DNA of 64,000 nt from Octopus vulgaris (Eukaryota). Each line of letters begins with the position of its first letter. The first letter of the stretch is position 1. Shown here piece after piece: positions 40,164-53,379 of this stretch. A program made the position numbers and the translations under genes. The notes below the pieces were generated by a model, which was not told the DNA's origin, made no database searches, and worked only from the letters and a program-made list of their open reading frames with translations. The stretch covers positions 21,638,001 through 21,702,000 of the forward strand of contig OX597822.1 of assembly GCA_951406725.2 (NCBI GenBank), written 5' to 3'.

Positions 40164-40717
40164 TCTCTGACTTATGAAATGTTGCACCGTCTTCTTGGTG
40201 AGTTACACCTTTGTCCCCTATTATTGCAATAACCCAAGGTACTACTTTATTCTTTAATATGTCCAAATAAATATGCTGGGTGATTTTTACACCCTCTTCA
40301 ATGAAGATTAGAGGGATTTACATGTCATTTGAGGTCACACCTGCCCACACCATTATGGATTCAGGTTTCTGTGACCAAAAGGATAATCTTTGTTTGACAG
40401 GAAGTTCCTCTTTATTTACTCCATATATATGATCATTTTGTGGATTGTGGCACACTTGTACACCAAGCGAGTTTTCTGATACTTCTTTTTGTGTTATGCC
40501 TGATCTTTTCTTTGGTGATTTTAGTGAGTTTTTGCATTCTCACTGGTCAAGATGGAGTAGTTCTCACACTTGGTAAGCGAGAACCAGTCTCTTTTATTTG
40601 TTTGACTACTTTGTAGACTCCTGATCTGCTGACAGTGGGTTTCTAAATCTTGAAAATCTTGCTAGGGGTTTTCCCATTCCTGAATAAACCTTCAATTGCT
40701 TTACTTATTCCACTCAT
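40164..40717 (-). mobile_element. Decayed maT/DD37D-like Tc1/mariner transposase remnant (not in the ORF track)
   Basis: Manual translation: MSGISKAIEGLFRNGKTPSKIFK...RSIRKLA, an internal deletion, then QKPESIMVWAGVTS...PLIFIEEGVKI...YLDIL...VVPW...QEDGATFH. Contains stops; ends at the SINE-like element. Confidence 0.8.
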
Positions 40718-41520
40718 ACTAGCTAAATACTAGCTTCAAGTATATTAAATTTCAAGTATAAATTAGCTTCAATACTACCTTCAATGTTGAGAGTATTAAA
40801 TTTCTGAAATAAGAAAAGAAATGTTAATTAAATTTATGTAAAGTAAATGTGTACACTTGGGTTGAATGCCTTGTGTAAAGAGGAAATCTTCTTGCCCACC
40901 TAACCCCCATTTCTCTTCTCTGTCAGTGTGCTCTTTTAAGAATCTGTTCCCACCACCCACCACCACCACCACCACCACCTCATTCATGCAAAGAAGATGT
41001 TTATCATCTTCATCCTCATCATCTTTTAATGTCTATTTTCCTTCCTGACTTATGATGAGCAGTTTGACAAGAACTGGTAAACCAGAAGATTGAACTAAGA
41101 CCTGCAGGTAGTCTCTCAGATCAAATCTTGCTGAGATAAACTTTATCTTTCATTCTACTAAGTTTGATTTTTAAAATGATACCAGTTGAGTATTGGGATA
41201 GTTTTAAGTAATGTGTCTTTCCCCAAAATTTCTGGCTTTGTCTTATTGTTTGAAATTAATACTATTTAGCAAATTTTCAATACTTGTTGGTTTAGTAGAG
41301 CAGAGAAACTTTGTATCAGTGCTGCACATGAAGGGATGAATGGATAGATAAGTTACTAGAGTACTAAATGAACTAACTGATTTAGTCTTATAACAAGCAA
41401 TGCATTCTGCCACAGTATTTAGAGGCTTCATTGGATAACCAACAGTTTAAGAGTTATCCTATGTTGGTTAATTCTCTGTAGGCTTTTTGTTATGTCTGAT
41501 AGAAAAATTCTTTATTCCAC

Positions 41521-41698
41521 AATGTCTCATCTCACTTAGTTGTCAGTAATAGTTACCAGAGCAGTCAGGAATGTTACTTGTGACAAATCAAAAGTCTACA
41601 TTGTCTCATCTCACCTGGGTAACAGTAATAAGTACCAGATCATCAGGGAATGTTACTTGTGATAGATCAACAGTCTACATTGTCTCACTTCATTTAGT
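41521..41698. repeat. 79-bp tandem repeat, ~2.2 copies
   Basis: tgtctca recurs at 41523, 41602 and 41681, with a colinear gaatgttacttgtga...agtctacat. Confidence 0.88.
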
Positions 41699-42983
41699 TT
41701 GGGGAAACATGTATGAGATTATCTCAGAATGACAGTTTTGGTATTCTGTCTCCATATACATGGAGCATTAATTATTATTAATCTAAACTTTTAAAAATAT
41801 CAAATTAGAATCAAGATAGTAAAAAAAAATTTCTTCTTAGAAAAAGATAGAAAATGTATGTATTGGTGTGTGTGTGGGGGGGGGAGGGTAAAACAAAAAG
41901 GACAAAGAAAGAATGATAGAAAGGAAATGAAATGAAATGGGAGATGAGAAATTAGGAAAATAAAAGAAAATTGGAGGAAAGAGAGAGAAACCAAAGAAGG
42001 AGGAGAGAGAGGGGGGAGAAATTGAAGGAGAGAAAGGGTAGAGAAAGAAGCTGAAGAAATGAGAGAAAGTAAGAAAGGAAGGAGAGAAGGGCAGAGAGTG
42101 AAGCAAAAATAAACCATCCATTTAAAGTTAAATGAGTTAGGAATTTGTAAATATTTATTAAACATTTAATTGCACATACTCAAACACATGCACACCAGCT
42201 AACACCATTCTCAAGATAAAGACACATACACGAGCTAATGCATCCTCACACACACATACACACACATGTGTGTGTGAGTAGAGAGACAGTTGTGTATGCG
42301 TATGTACATTGATGCACATGTAAAGAAAGTTATTGAAATTTACAAAGCTGCATCACAACCACCACAACAGAGACAAATTGATAATTGTAAAGCATACATA
42401 CACACACATTGCTACATTTACACACACGCACATATATTCACATGGATGCTCATATTGCATTCACACACTCACACTCGCATGCACACACTTGTACACACAC
42501 ACACACACACATACACACAATCTCTCTTTCTCTTTCAAACAAACATGCATGGTTATAACCAAATTTAAATATTGAAATTAAAATAATTTAATTACATAAA
42601 CACAGACAGAAAGATACTAAAATCAACAAATTAAAACACAAACACACCTCCATCCATACATACACATGCCTATTCATATGCACACATCCATATGCATAGA
42701 TATACATACATGCACATTTACATATACATACATATGTCACTCTAGCATTATAATGGCATTAATATATGCAATAATCATGCCAATTCTAAGATACTTATAG
42801 CATTTATCCTCAGTGATAAGGAAGATAGGCTATTGATACCCATATTTCTTTAGATAAATATACACTAAAAAGTACCTTCTCTAGGAAACATATAGAGATA
42901 AAGATATATTAGAAGAAAGAAAAGGTAAAAAAAAGCTACAATTCAATGTATGCTGTTGTTTTTACTTCAGTTCTAGTACTCCT

Positions 42984-43300
42984 TTTCTTTTTTTCTCACC
43001 CTTTTCAAGCCTAGCCAGGCTCATGAGCCTGGTTTCTCAGTTTCTGTGGCATATGTACTCCCCCTAGCTGGACGGGACGCCAGTCCATCGCAGTGTTATT
43101 CAAGAAAAATAAAGAGAGAGTGAGAGAAAGTTGTCGCAAAAGAGTACAACAGGGGGCGCCACCATCCACTTCCGGAGCCATGTGGAGCTTTTAGGTGTTT
43201 TCGCTCAATAAACACACACAATGCCTTGTTTGGGAATTGAAACTGCGATCCTCTGACTGCGCATCCGCTACCCTAACCACTGGACCATTGCGCCTCTACC
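42984..43300 (-). mobile_element. Family C-head SINE with a different tail and a 12-bp TSD
   Basis: Head matches 7430-7615. tctagtactcct at 42972-42983 and 43301-43312. Confidence 0.88.
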
Positions 43301-46300
43301 TCTAGTACTCCTACTCTGATATAATAGTCCTATGTTAGTAGATGTTCCTACTGATGTGTATAGCACTTTGCTATTCAATGTATTGTTCATTTCTTAAGAC
43401 AATGGGGCTTAATTTGTAAGCAATTTAGTCACTATAGCTAACTCATAGGAGCAACAACTTACAATAGCTAGTACATACCCACAAGCAATGACACAAATAC
43501 ACTCACCCCCCCCCCCCCACACACACACACACACCATGAGAAAATAAATAACTATAAAAGAGAGTCAAATATATCAAAATATTGTATTTATGATTAGAAA
43601 TAAATTTCATAATTTTATAAAAAATATTAGCCAGAACTAAACAACTGGGTACATTTATTTGCCCCACCTTATTACGACAGAATGGTTTACTGTGTAAGTG
43701 ACTTACTTTTGTTCCATTACTGTTATTTGATAAGTTTATGCATCCAGCAGAAAAAAGGATAAAATATTGGGAACATTTACTCTAGCATAAAGTTTCTTGA
43801 AGTGGGGTGAGGGCAGAAAGTTTTATAAGGATACTGAGGGCAAAGAGGTTGGAAGGGGTACAACAGATACACCTGTACAGGCTTTTTAGTCTTTGTCGCC
43901 TACTTGGGTATGAATTTTTAAAAATATAAGCTGCATGTTAGCCACAATCACAGCAGCAGCAATAACAATAGCATCAACAACATCAACAATAATAATAGGC
44001 TTTGAGATATGAATGTGTAAATTAATAAACTGAAAATATATCACCTTTGCATATAAATTATAAACAATAAACAAAATTATCTTTTAAAAGACACTATGAA
44101 AAATTGTGTATTTTTCCGTACATGCTATAAAGGTAGCTATCACCCTTGTAACATTAGACAACGTGGAATGACATAAATAACAGTAAAAGAAAGACAATTT
44201 ACAAGCAATCAAAAATAATGGAAAATCTCTGAACTTTACTAAAGAAGTACCACAAAGGTCTAACTAGCAAGGGAATCAACTACATAAGTCACTTCAAATA
44301 CAAAATAAGCATTTTGTTTTATGGTTTACTGAAAATACACAAATGCATGTCTATAAGTGAGGCTTGTGAATCCTTGACAAACAAATATATGTTACTAGTG
44401 GCTCCAGATGATTTAAAGCTACGACCAGTCATAGCCAGCCCTGCATGTAAAACAGTTTAGAACTAGGAACTCATTGAGGGTTCCTTGGAAAATAACTTTG
44501 AACTGAAGATACTAATGTATTACAAACTAAATTCTTTCATTCATTCTGTTATGTGATTCAGTCATTGTACCTGCAGCCATGATAGAATACTACCTTAAAA
44601 TGTTTAGTTGAAATAACTCAATCTCAGTACTAATTTCAAAGTCTGGTACTTATTACATCAGTTTTTTTTTTTTCTTAACCAATAAGTTATGGGAATGTAA
44701 ACAAACCAACACCAGTAGTTAAGCAGTGGAGTTGGTCAAACTAAAATATGCAAAATCACACACACACGCACACATGCAAATACACATATGTACATATGTA
44801 TATACTATGTAATAAAAGAAATGGGATATTAATGTCAGAATTCTAATTTCTATCCAGAAGGCCAAACGTAAGAGCCTCATAGTCTTCATGTGTCCCACCT
44901 CTACTCTGCATGTTTCAAATGGTATGGATGTTAACAGGGTTTGCTTTCTACTCTGCTTAGTCTTCTTCAAATTTTAGTAATGTCCACCAGGATGGGCATC
45001 CATCTGTAAAAGTAATTGATGCCATAATATGCAAATATGGAAATTATTAAAACCAATCCTACTGATGCTATCATGGGAAGAGAGATATAAAAGAGTGAAT
45101 AAAAATTAATCTAAATATTCCAATCTAGATTAGAAATAAATTTCATGTAAAATTAGTAAAAATAAAAGAAAATGATAAAATGTAGTAAAAAATATTTCAA
45201 GTAAAAAGTAGGAAAAAAATGAATATTTCTTCTTTTCAAATATTTTAAGTCGCAATTGGTTTATTAATAAGAAGCAGTGAGTTACTGGTGACTGGAGGTG
45301 CAAATATTTCCAGATATTGCAATTATTTAAAGTCAACATAGCAATTATTGCAAAGCTTGCAGCTGAGGCTATGTGGAATTAAATTTGACCCTCTGAACAA
45401 ATATTTTCTACTACATCAGATTGTTTGTCAAAGTGAAGGACTAACCATGGTTATACAAGTATATTGATTTAACAGAAAAGAAAAACAAAATTGAGATCAA
45501 ACACACACATACATGTACATATATACACCAAGCCATTCACATATACACACATGAACATTAAAATATATATATATTCACATAAAAGAAAATTTAGTTCAAA
45601 TCATTTGAATATAAATTCTGTTTATATTGTTTGCACCATCTTCATTGATACCACTATTATTGTGATGAGTATGCTTTGGTGTTATGATGACAGTGTTATA
45701 ACAACTTCATCAAAGCATAATCATCATAACACCATCATCACAGTATTATCATCATCATCATAAAATATTTGTCTTATTATCAACATAATAAACTCATCAT
45801 AACAACATTATATTGTCTTAAGAACTTCATAACATTCTCATCATACGCCATCATTATAGCAATATCAAAACAATTATCATCAGGATTTGCTATGTCTTGG
45901 TATATAATGGTAAAAAACTATTTTTAATTGGTCACTTTTTGTCATAAGTCAATTCCCTGCTCAGAAAACCATTCACTTTTATTAATTCATCAAATCAAGT
46001 GGTGTCTGAGAAGTTTTATTTTCCATTAGCTTAATGAGTTATGCTTTGATTTTGGTATGGGTTGTTAGAAAAGTAAAGTTGAGATACTGTTATGCTACCT
46101 CTGATGTTATCTGTTCTATTTGAAAAACAAGGACATGTTGAGTCTCAACCAATGATGATTTGTAAGAGTATCAAAGTGTAGTAGTTGAGAGCTACGGTGT
46201 GTAACCTAGATGCCTACACATGTGAATACTGTTGGAAAATGATAATAGTCATGATTCTGAAAGAAACTTTAAAACACCTTAAAAGGCAACTGTTTCATAA

Positions 46301-46462
46301 AACGGTTTTTGATTAGTCTACAAATTTCATATATGGTACCCATATAGTGGAAAGATGATAGTGTTTGTCTGTCTGTCTCTGTCTCTCTCTCTATTTGTCT
46401 CTTTCTCCCCCACCCCCACTTGATCTCAGTGTAATTAAGATCAGTATTGTTTCTATAGAATT

Positions 46463-47178
46463 AGTAATGGCACTAGTAATGACCATGCTCGAATGGTGCT
46501 TTTTACATGCCACCTGCATGGGAGCCAGTCAGGCAGCACTGGTAGTGACCATGCTCAGATAGTGCTTTTTGCATGCCACCAGCCTGAGTACCAGTCAGGC
46601 GGTACTGGCATTGGCCACAACAATGACTTCACTTGACTCAACAGATCTTCAAGAGTGCAGTTTATTGCCCAATGATTGAAGTGTACTCTTAAATGGGCCA
46701 CTTATGCTACACTAGCATAGGCTATGGTTACAGTCTCACTTGGCTTGTCAGGTCTTCTCAAGCACAGCATATCTCTAAGGGTCTCAGTCGCTCGTCATCA
46801 CCTCTGTGAGGCCCAAAATTTGATGGTCGTGCTTCACCACCTCATGCAGGTCTGTCTGGGTCTACCTTTTCTTCAGGTTCCCTCTACTGCTAGGGTGTGA
46901 CACTTTTTCACACAGCTGTCCTCATCCATATGCAATACATGACCATACCAGTGCAGACGTCTCACTTGCATACCATATCTGATGCTTCTTATGTCCACAG
47001 TTTCTCTCAGGGTGCTTACACTCTGTCGTGTATAGACACTGGCATTACACATTCAGTGGAGCATACTAGCTTTGTTTCTTACAAGCTTACACTTGTCCTC
47101 AGCAGCCACGGCCCAAGTTTCACTGCTGTGTAGCATGGCTGTTTGCACACAAGCATTATACAATTTACCTTTCACTCT
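46463..47178 (-). mobile_element. RTE-clade LINE 3' fragment
   Basis: Matches 4400-5050 and 30200-30680 (LYNACVQTAMLHSSETW, WYGHVL). Confidence 0.88.
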
Positions 47179-49390
47179 CATTCCAAACATAACCATATGT
47201 TTTCTTTATGGACATACTATGGCAGAGTACTTGTTGATGTGCAGACTGAAGTTAGCTCTGAGTGTGCACTCTGATATTATGCAACTAATCATTTGATGGC
47301 CATATTGCATACGGAATAATCATTAATCTCAAAGGATGTCATGTGATAAAATGGATATATTGTACTCCATTTTCTGTGTGAACAACTGTAGATTCTGGTG
47401 CTCAGAGAAGGCAGACTAGTTAGATATGGTCCTCTGACCATATCTTTCATTCCTCTGACACTCTGACCAGTGTTCCGCCTTGCTGTTCCTCTGGTTGGTT
47501 GGTTGGATGGTTGGTGAGTTGAGTGGTTGGTATATCACTGAAGAGTGTTTAGACAATGAGGTTATTTCTGTGTGTGTGTGTGTGTGTGTGTGTTCCTTAT
47601 ACATGTCCAGGAAAATAGAAAAGCATATTAGGATGATAATGTAATAGTTCCTTGATGTGTTGTATGTCTAAGTGTTTTTTTTGTTTTGTTTTGTTTTGTT
47701 TTGGTGGGGGGGGGGCATGTAGTGGAAAGGACAATTGTGGTTGAACTTGCTGTGACAACAAACTATGCATCTTGTGTATACAGTTGGTATTTTTGCTTTG
47801 TCTTATAGATGATCTCTAGATGTGATCTCCATAAAACTTATTATAATGTGCAGTGCATTTTTTTGCATTCTTTAAATTTAATTGTGGTTTATTGTGTGAA
47901 GATTAAAGCCCAGGTAGATCTGACATGATCCACCATAGGTGTAATGTGTTGCTTCTACATCATTATTGTTGTTTCTTTCTATTGTTTCAAATGTTAATCA
48001 ATGCACTTTCTGTAATCTTATATATACATTTTAAATGTTGTGAATTATTTATATGTCATACTTAAAATTTGTATTCTGTGTGTATGTCATATGTTTATAT
48101 TTGCTCGAGGAAGACAGTGAGTTTTACATTTTGTTGTGAGGAACCAGGTTTCTAAGGTCGAAGTAGCTTTGGGGCAATGTCTAGAGAATGCATAATAATT
48201 TGTATATGAGGTTGCCAATAATCACATCATATAATCTGCAACAATTCAATGAATAAAGTATATTTTAATGCTAAGTTTCAAAGAAGATAAAATTCAGGTA
48301 GTAGAGTGTAAAAGATATATGTAATAGGTTGAGAATATTTTTGAGTAGTTAGCATTCAGGAAATAGTATAGTTTTGTTGTAATTACGAGGAGAAATTGGT
48401 GTAAAAATACAAGTGGAAGTTACTACCTGTAGTTTTTTTCCTCTTTCCACAATTGTTTAATCATCTGTATAGAAAGGATGAACCCATATAACAATAATCA
48501 TTTGGCTTTGTGATGAAGAAATTATTTTTATTTTAGAAACAGTGGGCATTAGTATAAGATAAACCAAAAACAAAAATAAGAAAAAAAATCTGGAGCACAT
48601 GTTCTGGTGGAGAAAAAATGGCATAATGTAATGAAATGGATGCAGTAAAGCAATTTTTGTTTGTGTGTGTGTGAAGTTCAGGTGCAACAAGCCAATTCAG
48701 GAAATCAGGGATCTATTTGTTTGGGACAGGAGGGCATGACAAATTTTTAGAATAGGAAATAGGAGTTTGTCAATGAGAAAAAGGTTTATTGATCAAGTGA
48801 ATGTCATTCTCCGGGATTCAGTCAAGGTTAACTGACATGAGGATGAGGAACTATCATTTGAGATGTGGAAGCAGAAAGCTGAATTGACTGGAAATTGACA
48901 AGTAAATTGCCGGGTTGTCTTACAAAACTTAAATTCAATATCTAACTAGCTACAGTTGAATATCTTACATCATCATCGTCATCATTGTCATAATTGTCAG
49001 GAGTAGTTTTAGTATTGCAAACACTAGTAGCTAAAAAGAGTTTCTGCATGGTTGTCCAAATGGATAGAAATTATGGACAGAAATCTCTTTTAAACAGCAT
49101 CCTTCCAACTTATAAGTGACAAAATAAATAAATGATACATTGGATAATGTAGTCTAAGATACAGTCAACCTGAGTGGTTAGGGTTGTAACACTTTTTCTC
49201 TCCAGTATTTTAGCAATTTCTGAAGGCAAAGACACCCCAGAATTTGGACTCAAAACCAATACTGCTAATCCACTGCCCCAATGTTCTTATATTTTAAAAA
49301 ATAAATTTGGAAATATAAAAATTAGTGTCAAAGAAAAAGAGAAAATAAGCAAGTACTATTAGGAATTAATTCTTTTTTTTTTTGTCTTGT

Positions 49391-49810
49391 AGGCATAGGA
49401 GTGGCTGTGTGGTAAGTAGCTTGCTTACGAACCACATGGTTCTGGGTTCAGTCCCACTGCGTGGCACCTTGGGCAAGTGTCTTCTACTATAGCCTCGGGC
49501 CGACCAAAGCCTTGCGAGTGGATTTGGTAGACGGAAACTGAAAGAAGCCTGTCGTATATATGTATATATATGTATATGTATGTGTGTGTGTATATGTTTG
49601 TGTGTCTGTGTTTGTCCCCCCAACATCGCTTGACAACTGATGCTGGTGTGTTTACGTCACCGTAACTTAGCGGTTCGGCAAAAGAGACAGATAGAATAAG
49701 TACTAGGCTTACAAAGAATAAGTCCTGGGATCGATTTGCTCCACTAAAAGGTGGTGCTCCAGCATGACCACAGTCAAACGACTGAAGCAAGTAAAAGAGA
49801 GTAAAGAGTA
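49391..49810 (+). mobile_element. tRNA-derived SINE, family A (young, full length)
   Basis: Complete head, body and gtaaaagagagtaaagagt tail. Confidence 0.92.
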
Positions 49811-50326
49811 ATCTCTAAATGTTTCTTGTTTGCCTAGTAATGGGATAAAAGCTATAACATTGCTCATCAGTTCAAGGAGTTAGATGTGTTCAAGAGCAAC
49901 AGGAAAGTCCACAGAAACCGTCTCTTGCACATTGGACCGACATGTTCAGAACTCGGTGCTAATATGCTTTCAGCTCTGAAAATTTCTGAAAATGTCTTGT
50001 CTGCTCAGCTTATACAATGCTAGTTGTTAAGATGCAACAGCATCGTTCCCACGTTTATATTTAATATATGCAAATGTATTCTTTGAACAATGTTTGCTTA
50101 TTAATGAATTAATTAAACTCTTAAACACTGCACACTGAAGAGCATTAGCTAAGAATGCTGCAGCAGATTAAAGTAGGTGATAAATTAGTTCATATCTATA
50201 AAAATATCTTGTAGCTGTAAACTTAATTTGCCACCTGGTATTTCTAGTTTTAATTCAGATATTTATCTCCCTTAGTCATACAGACATGCAAAGCACCTAT
50301 ACAGACATGTGCATCTGTGTGTGTGT

Positions 50327-50390
<64 letters not shown>

Positions 50391-50511
50391 CTGTGCAGTT
50401 GACAATTGTTTCTGAGTAAAAACACAGAAAAATAACATAAATTGCCAATAAGTAAATAATGATTTCTTGGAAATTAAAATCAAAGCAGTATATAATAAAA
50501 TGTTAAATCAC

Positions 50512-50545
<34 letters not shown>

Positions 50546-51022
50546 GTAGCAACAACAACAAAAGCAATAATAATGATACAAAAATAGTTATAGGTACATA
50601 AATTAATAGATAAGAGAGTGACAAAGAGTGTAGGCAAGTGAATTCATTTAAACAATGAAATCAGTATCCAAGAAAGAAATAGCATTTAAACTTTTACAAT
50701 CAGATATTCATGATGCAGCTTCCATAAATAGGAGAATTAGAAGACATGTTATCTTGGCAACGTAAGAGTGGTGATAATATATATTTAAACACTGTTTTCA
50801 TTAGATTCATGAAATGTGTAGGTTTGACAAATTTGTTTAGCTTTGTCCTATCAGTATTGTTGTTGTTAAATAGACGTAGTTCTGCACAAAAAGTTTCTGG
50901 AATAAAGGTAACTGATTTCATAGAGGTAACTGTTTCATAGAGGTCCATTCATAAAAACAAAGCTGCCATCTGTCAGTCTCTCTGTTTGGCCTGCATGTCT
51001 CTCAGGCTATCTGCTTTCCCTG

Positions 51023-51180
<158 letters not shown>

Positions 51181-51261
51181 GGAATTGGAGATTAAAGAGT
51201 AAAGTAATCCATGTGGGTTAGATATTCATGTGAGAGTTTGGTTAAGCTTTGTGAAACATAA

Positions 51262-51383
51262 ACAAATAAAATCATTTAAGTATATAACTTTTCATTATTT
51301 ATCAGATTACTTTATATATACATATATATATAAAGTAATCTGATAAATAATGAAAAGTTATATACTTATATGATTTTATTTGT
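51262..51383. repeat. ~120-bp palindrome centred on a TA tract
   Basis: Arms of ~59 bp with one mismatch (acaaataaaatcat...gattacttta / taaagtaatc...atgattttatttgt). Confidence 0.92.
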
Positions 51384-51414
51384 ATATATAAGCACACGCA
51401 TACATATAAATATA

Positions 51415-51456
<42 letters not shown>

Positions 51457-51586
51457 ATCAGCAACAATTTAGATTCAAATGAATATGGTACTTAATTTAG
51501 ATGTACCAGAATTTTGTATGGTGTTACCAATAAAAATTTGATGGGTGATTATAATCAAAAATAAGCAACAAGAATGACTCCGGTAA

Positions 51587-51674
51587 TTTGATACAATTGT
51601 TTCGCACTACAACATTTTATTAAAAGCTGTAAGTATTACAGCAGATTTAAGATGCTGAGTACTTTTCAGCCAAT
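51587..51674 (-). ncRNA. Degenerate type-I hammerhead ribozyme-like motif with an extended stem II
   Basis: Minus strand reads ttgg-CTGAAAA-gtact...agtgc-GAAAC-AATT-GTA-tcaa. Palindromic ACAATTGT stem III and an internal hairpin gctgtaa/ttacagc. G8-to-A core change. Confidence 0.5.
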
Positions 51675-51737
51675 TATATAGGTTTTCCAATAATATAAAA
51701 GCTTTCAAATCAAGTAGTAACATATATATATATATGT

Positions 51738-52121
51738 TTCAAATCAAGTGCACCAAGTGTAATCTATGGACACATAAGAGATGCAGCAATGTCAAAGGAA
51801 GGCTAACTAGGAAGATGGTTTTTGTATGTGGCAGATGCTCATATATATATATATATAGCCTCGCCTGGCCCTCGTGCCGTGGCACATAAAAGCACCATCC
51901 GTTCGTGGCCGTTGCCAGCTCTGTCTGGCACCAGTGCGGTGGCACGTAAAAGCACCCACTACCTCACGGAGTGGTTGGCATTAGGAAGGGCATCCAGCCG
52001 TAGAAACACTGCCAGATTTGACTGGGCCTGATGAAGCCTTCTGGCTTCACAGACCCCAGTAGAACGTCCAACCCATGCTAGCATGGAAAACGGACGTAAA
52101 TGATGATGATGATGATGATGA

Positions 52122-52125
<4 letters not shown>
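51738..52125 (+). mobile_element. RTE LINE pieces (Cys/His finger segment, then 3' UTR and tail) joined by a (TA)n tract
   Basis: IKCTKCNLWTHKRCSNVKGRLTRKMVFVCGRCS, then a 3' UTR ending ggacgtaaatgatgatgat. Confidence 0.88.
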
Positions 52126-52170
<45 letters not shown>

Positions 52171-52474
52171 CCATGTGGTTCTCCCCGACACTCTATTAGA
52201 CATCAAACACCCTGGACATACCACAGTCAGCCGCGAATAAATGACACTAGTTGAGTCTTTGTTTATATTAGTCAGGTGTTCCTCTTATACTCTCACTGAC
52301 CTGCATCATTCAGCCTTTAGTTGCATCTCTTCAGTTTCCACACCAGCAATTCTGGAGGTAGATCAACAAATAGCCCACTCTTTAGTGTATTGCTCTGCAA
52401 AAATTCTGAGGTGAAATTAAGAGTCTGCACTCACCAATTAAAAACTGATGCAGTTAATATTGCTAGCTGTTTGA

Positions 52475-52665
52475 TGGCAGTGAGCTTGCATGACAAGCAA
52501 AATGATTAGCTGCTTTTCATTCCATCTCTAAGTTCTGAGTTCAAATTTTGTCAGGGTCAACTTTGCCTTTCATCCTTTTGGGGTCGATAAATTAAGTATC
52601 AGTAGAATATTGGGGGTCGACTGATACCCTGCCCTGAAATTTCTGGCTTAGGGCCAATATTTGAA
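52475..52665 (+). mobile_element. Family B SINE
   Basis: gttctgagttcaaatt...ctttgcctttcatccttttggggtcgataaattaagta. Confidence 0.8.
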
Positions 52666-53379
52666 ACCAGTATTACTAACTGTATGACTTCATAGTTGCA
52701 TGTTAAAGAATCTGTTTTTAGATCACTTAAATATTTCTCAAAACCTCATGTAGCAAGACAAGCCTTTATTTTTCTAGTATTCATGTTTTTTGCTATCATC
52801 CATCTTTTTAACATAATTTACTATGAAGTAATGTTGGACACACGTTTGTATATATTCTAATCTTTCATATTTTGAATTTCTTTAGACTTAACATTAACTA
52901 CTTATTTTACTTATTCATGTTTGGCAGTTAGTATAGGTACATACTCCAGTACATCTATTTCAACAGTTTCTTGAGCTCTATCTCGCTTGGATTCACTTGA
53001 TTTCAGATAAAACAACAAATATTTTCATTCTCCTCTTTCAATATTATATTCAACAAATGACTCTATTTTTACCATTTCTTACACACCTGATTTTTCTGCC
53101 CTATCTTTTAAACTAGCCTTACTATCATTAACTTTGTTATAATGCATTTCATTCTAATATTTTCTTGATCCATGACTTCATTTCCCTCATCAGATAGACC
53201 TTGATACTATTCATTTTCATAGCTGTATCTTCTACACATTATTTGGGTTCTCAGATCAAAACTTCCTTAACAAACATTTTGTTCTTGTATCCTTTCTTCA
53301 GGCTTACTCTAGGATGCTCTTCCTTGACTAATTAATGCAAACTGAATCTCACACTGCCCAACACTTTAGCAGTTTTGTT

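Noticed and set aside
41521-41698. CRISPR-like repeat-spacer array
   Set aside because: Whole units are similar, with no unique spacers and no cas genes, in a eukaryotic context.
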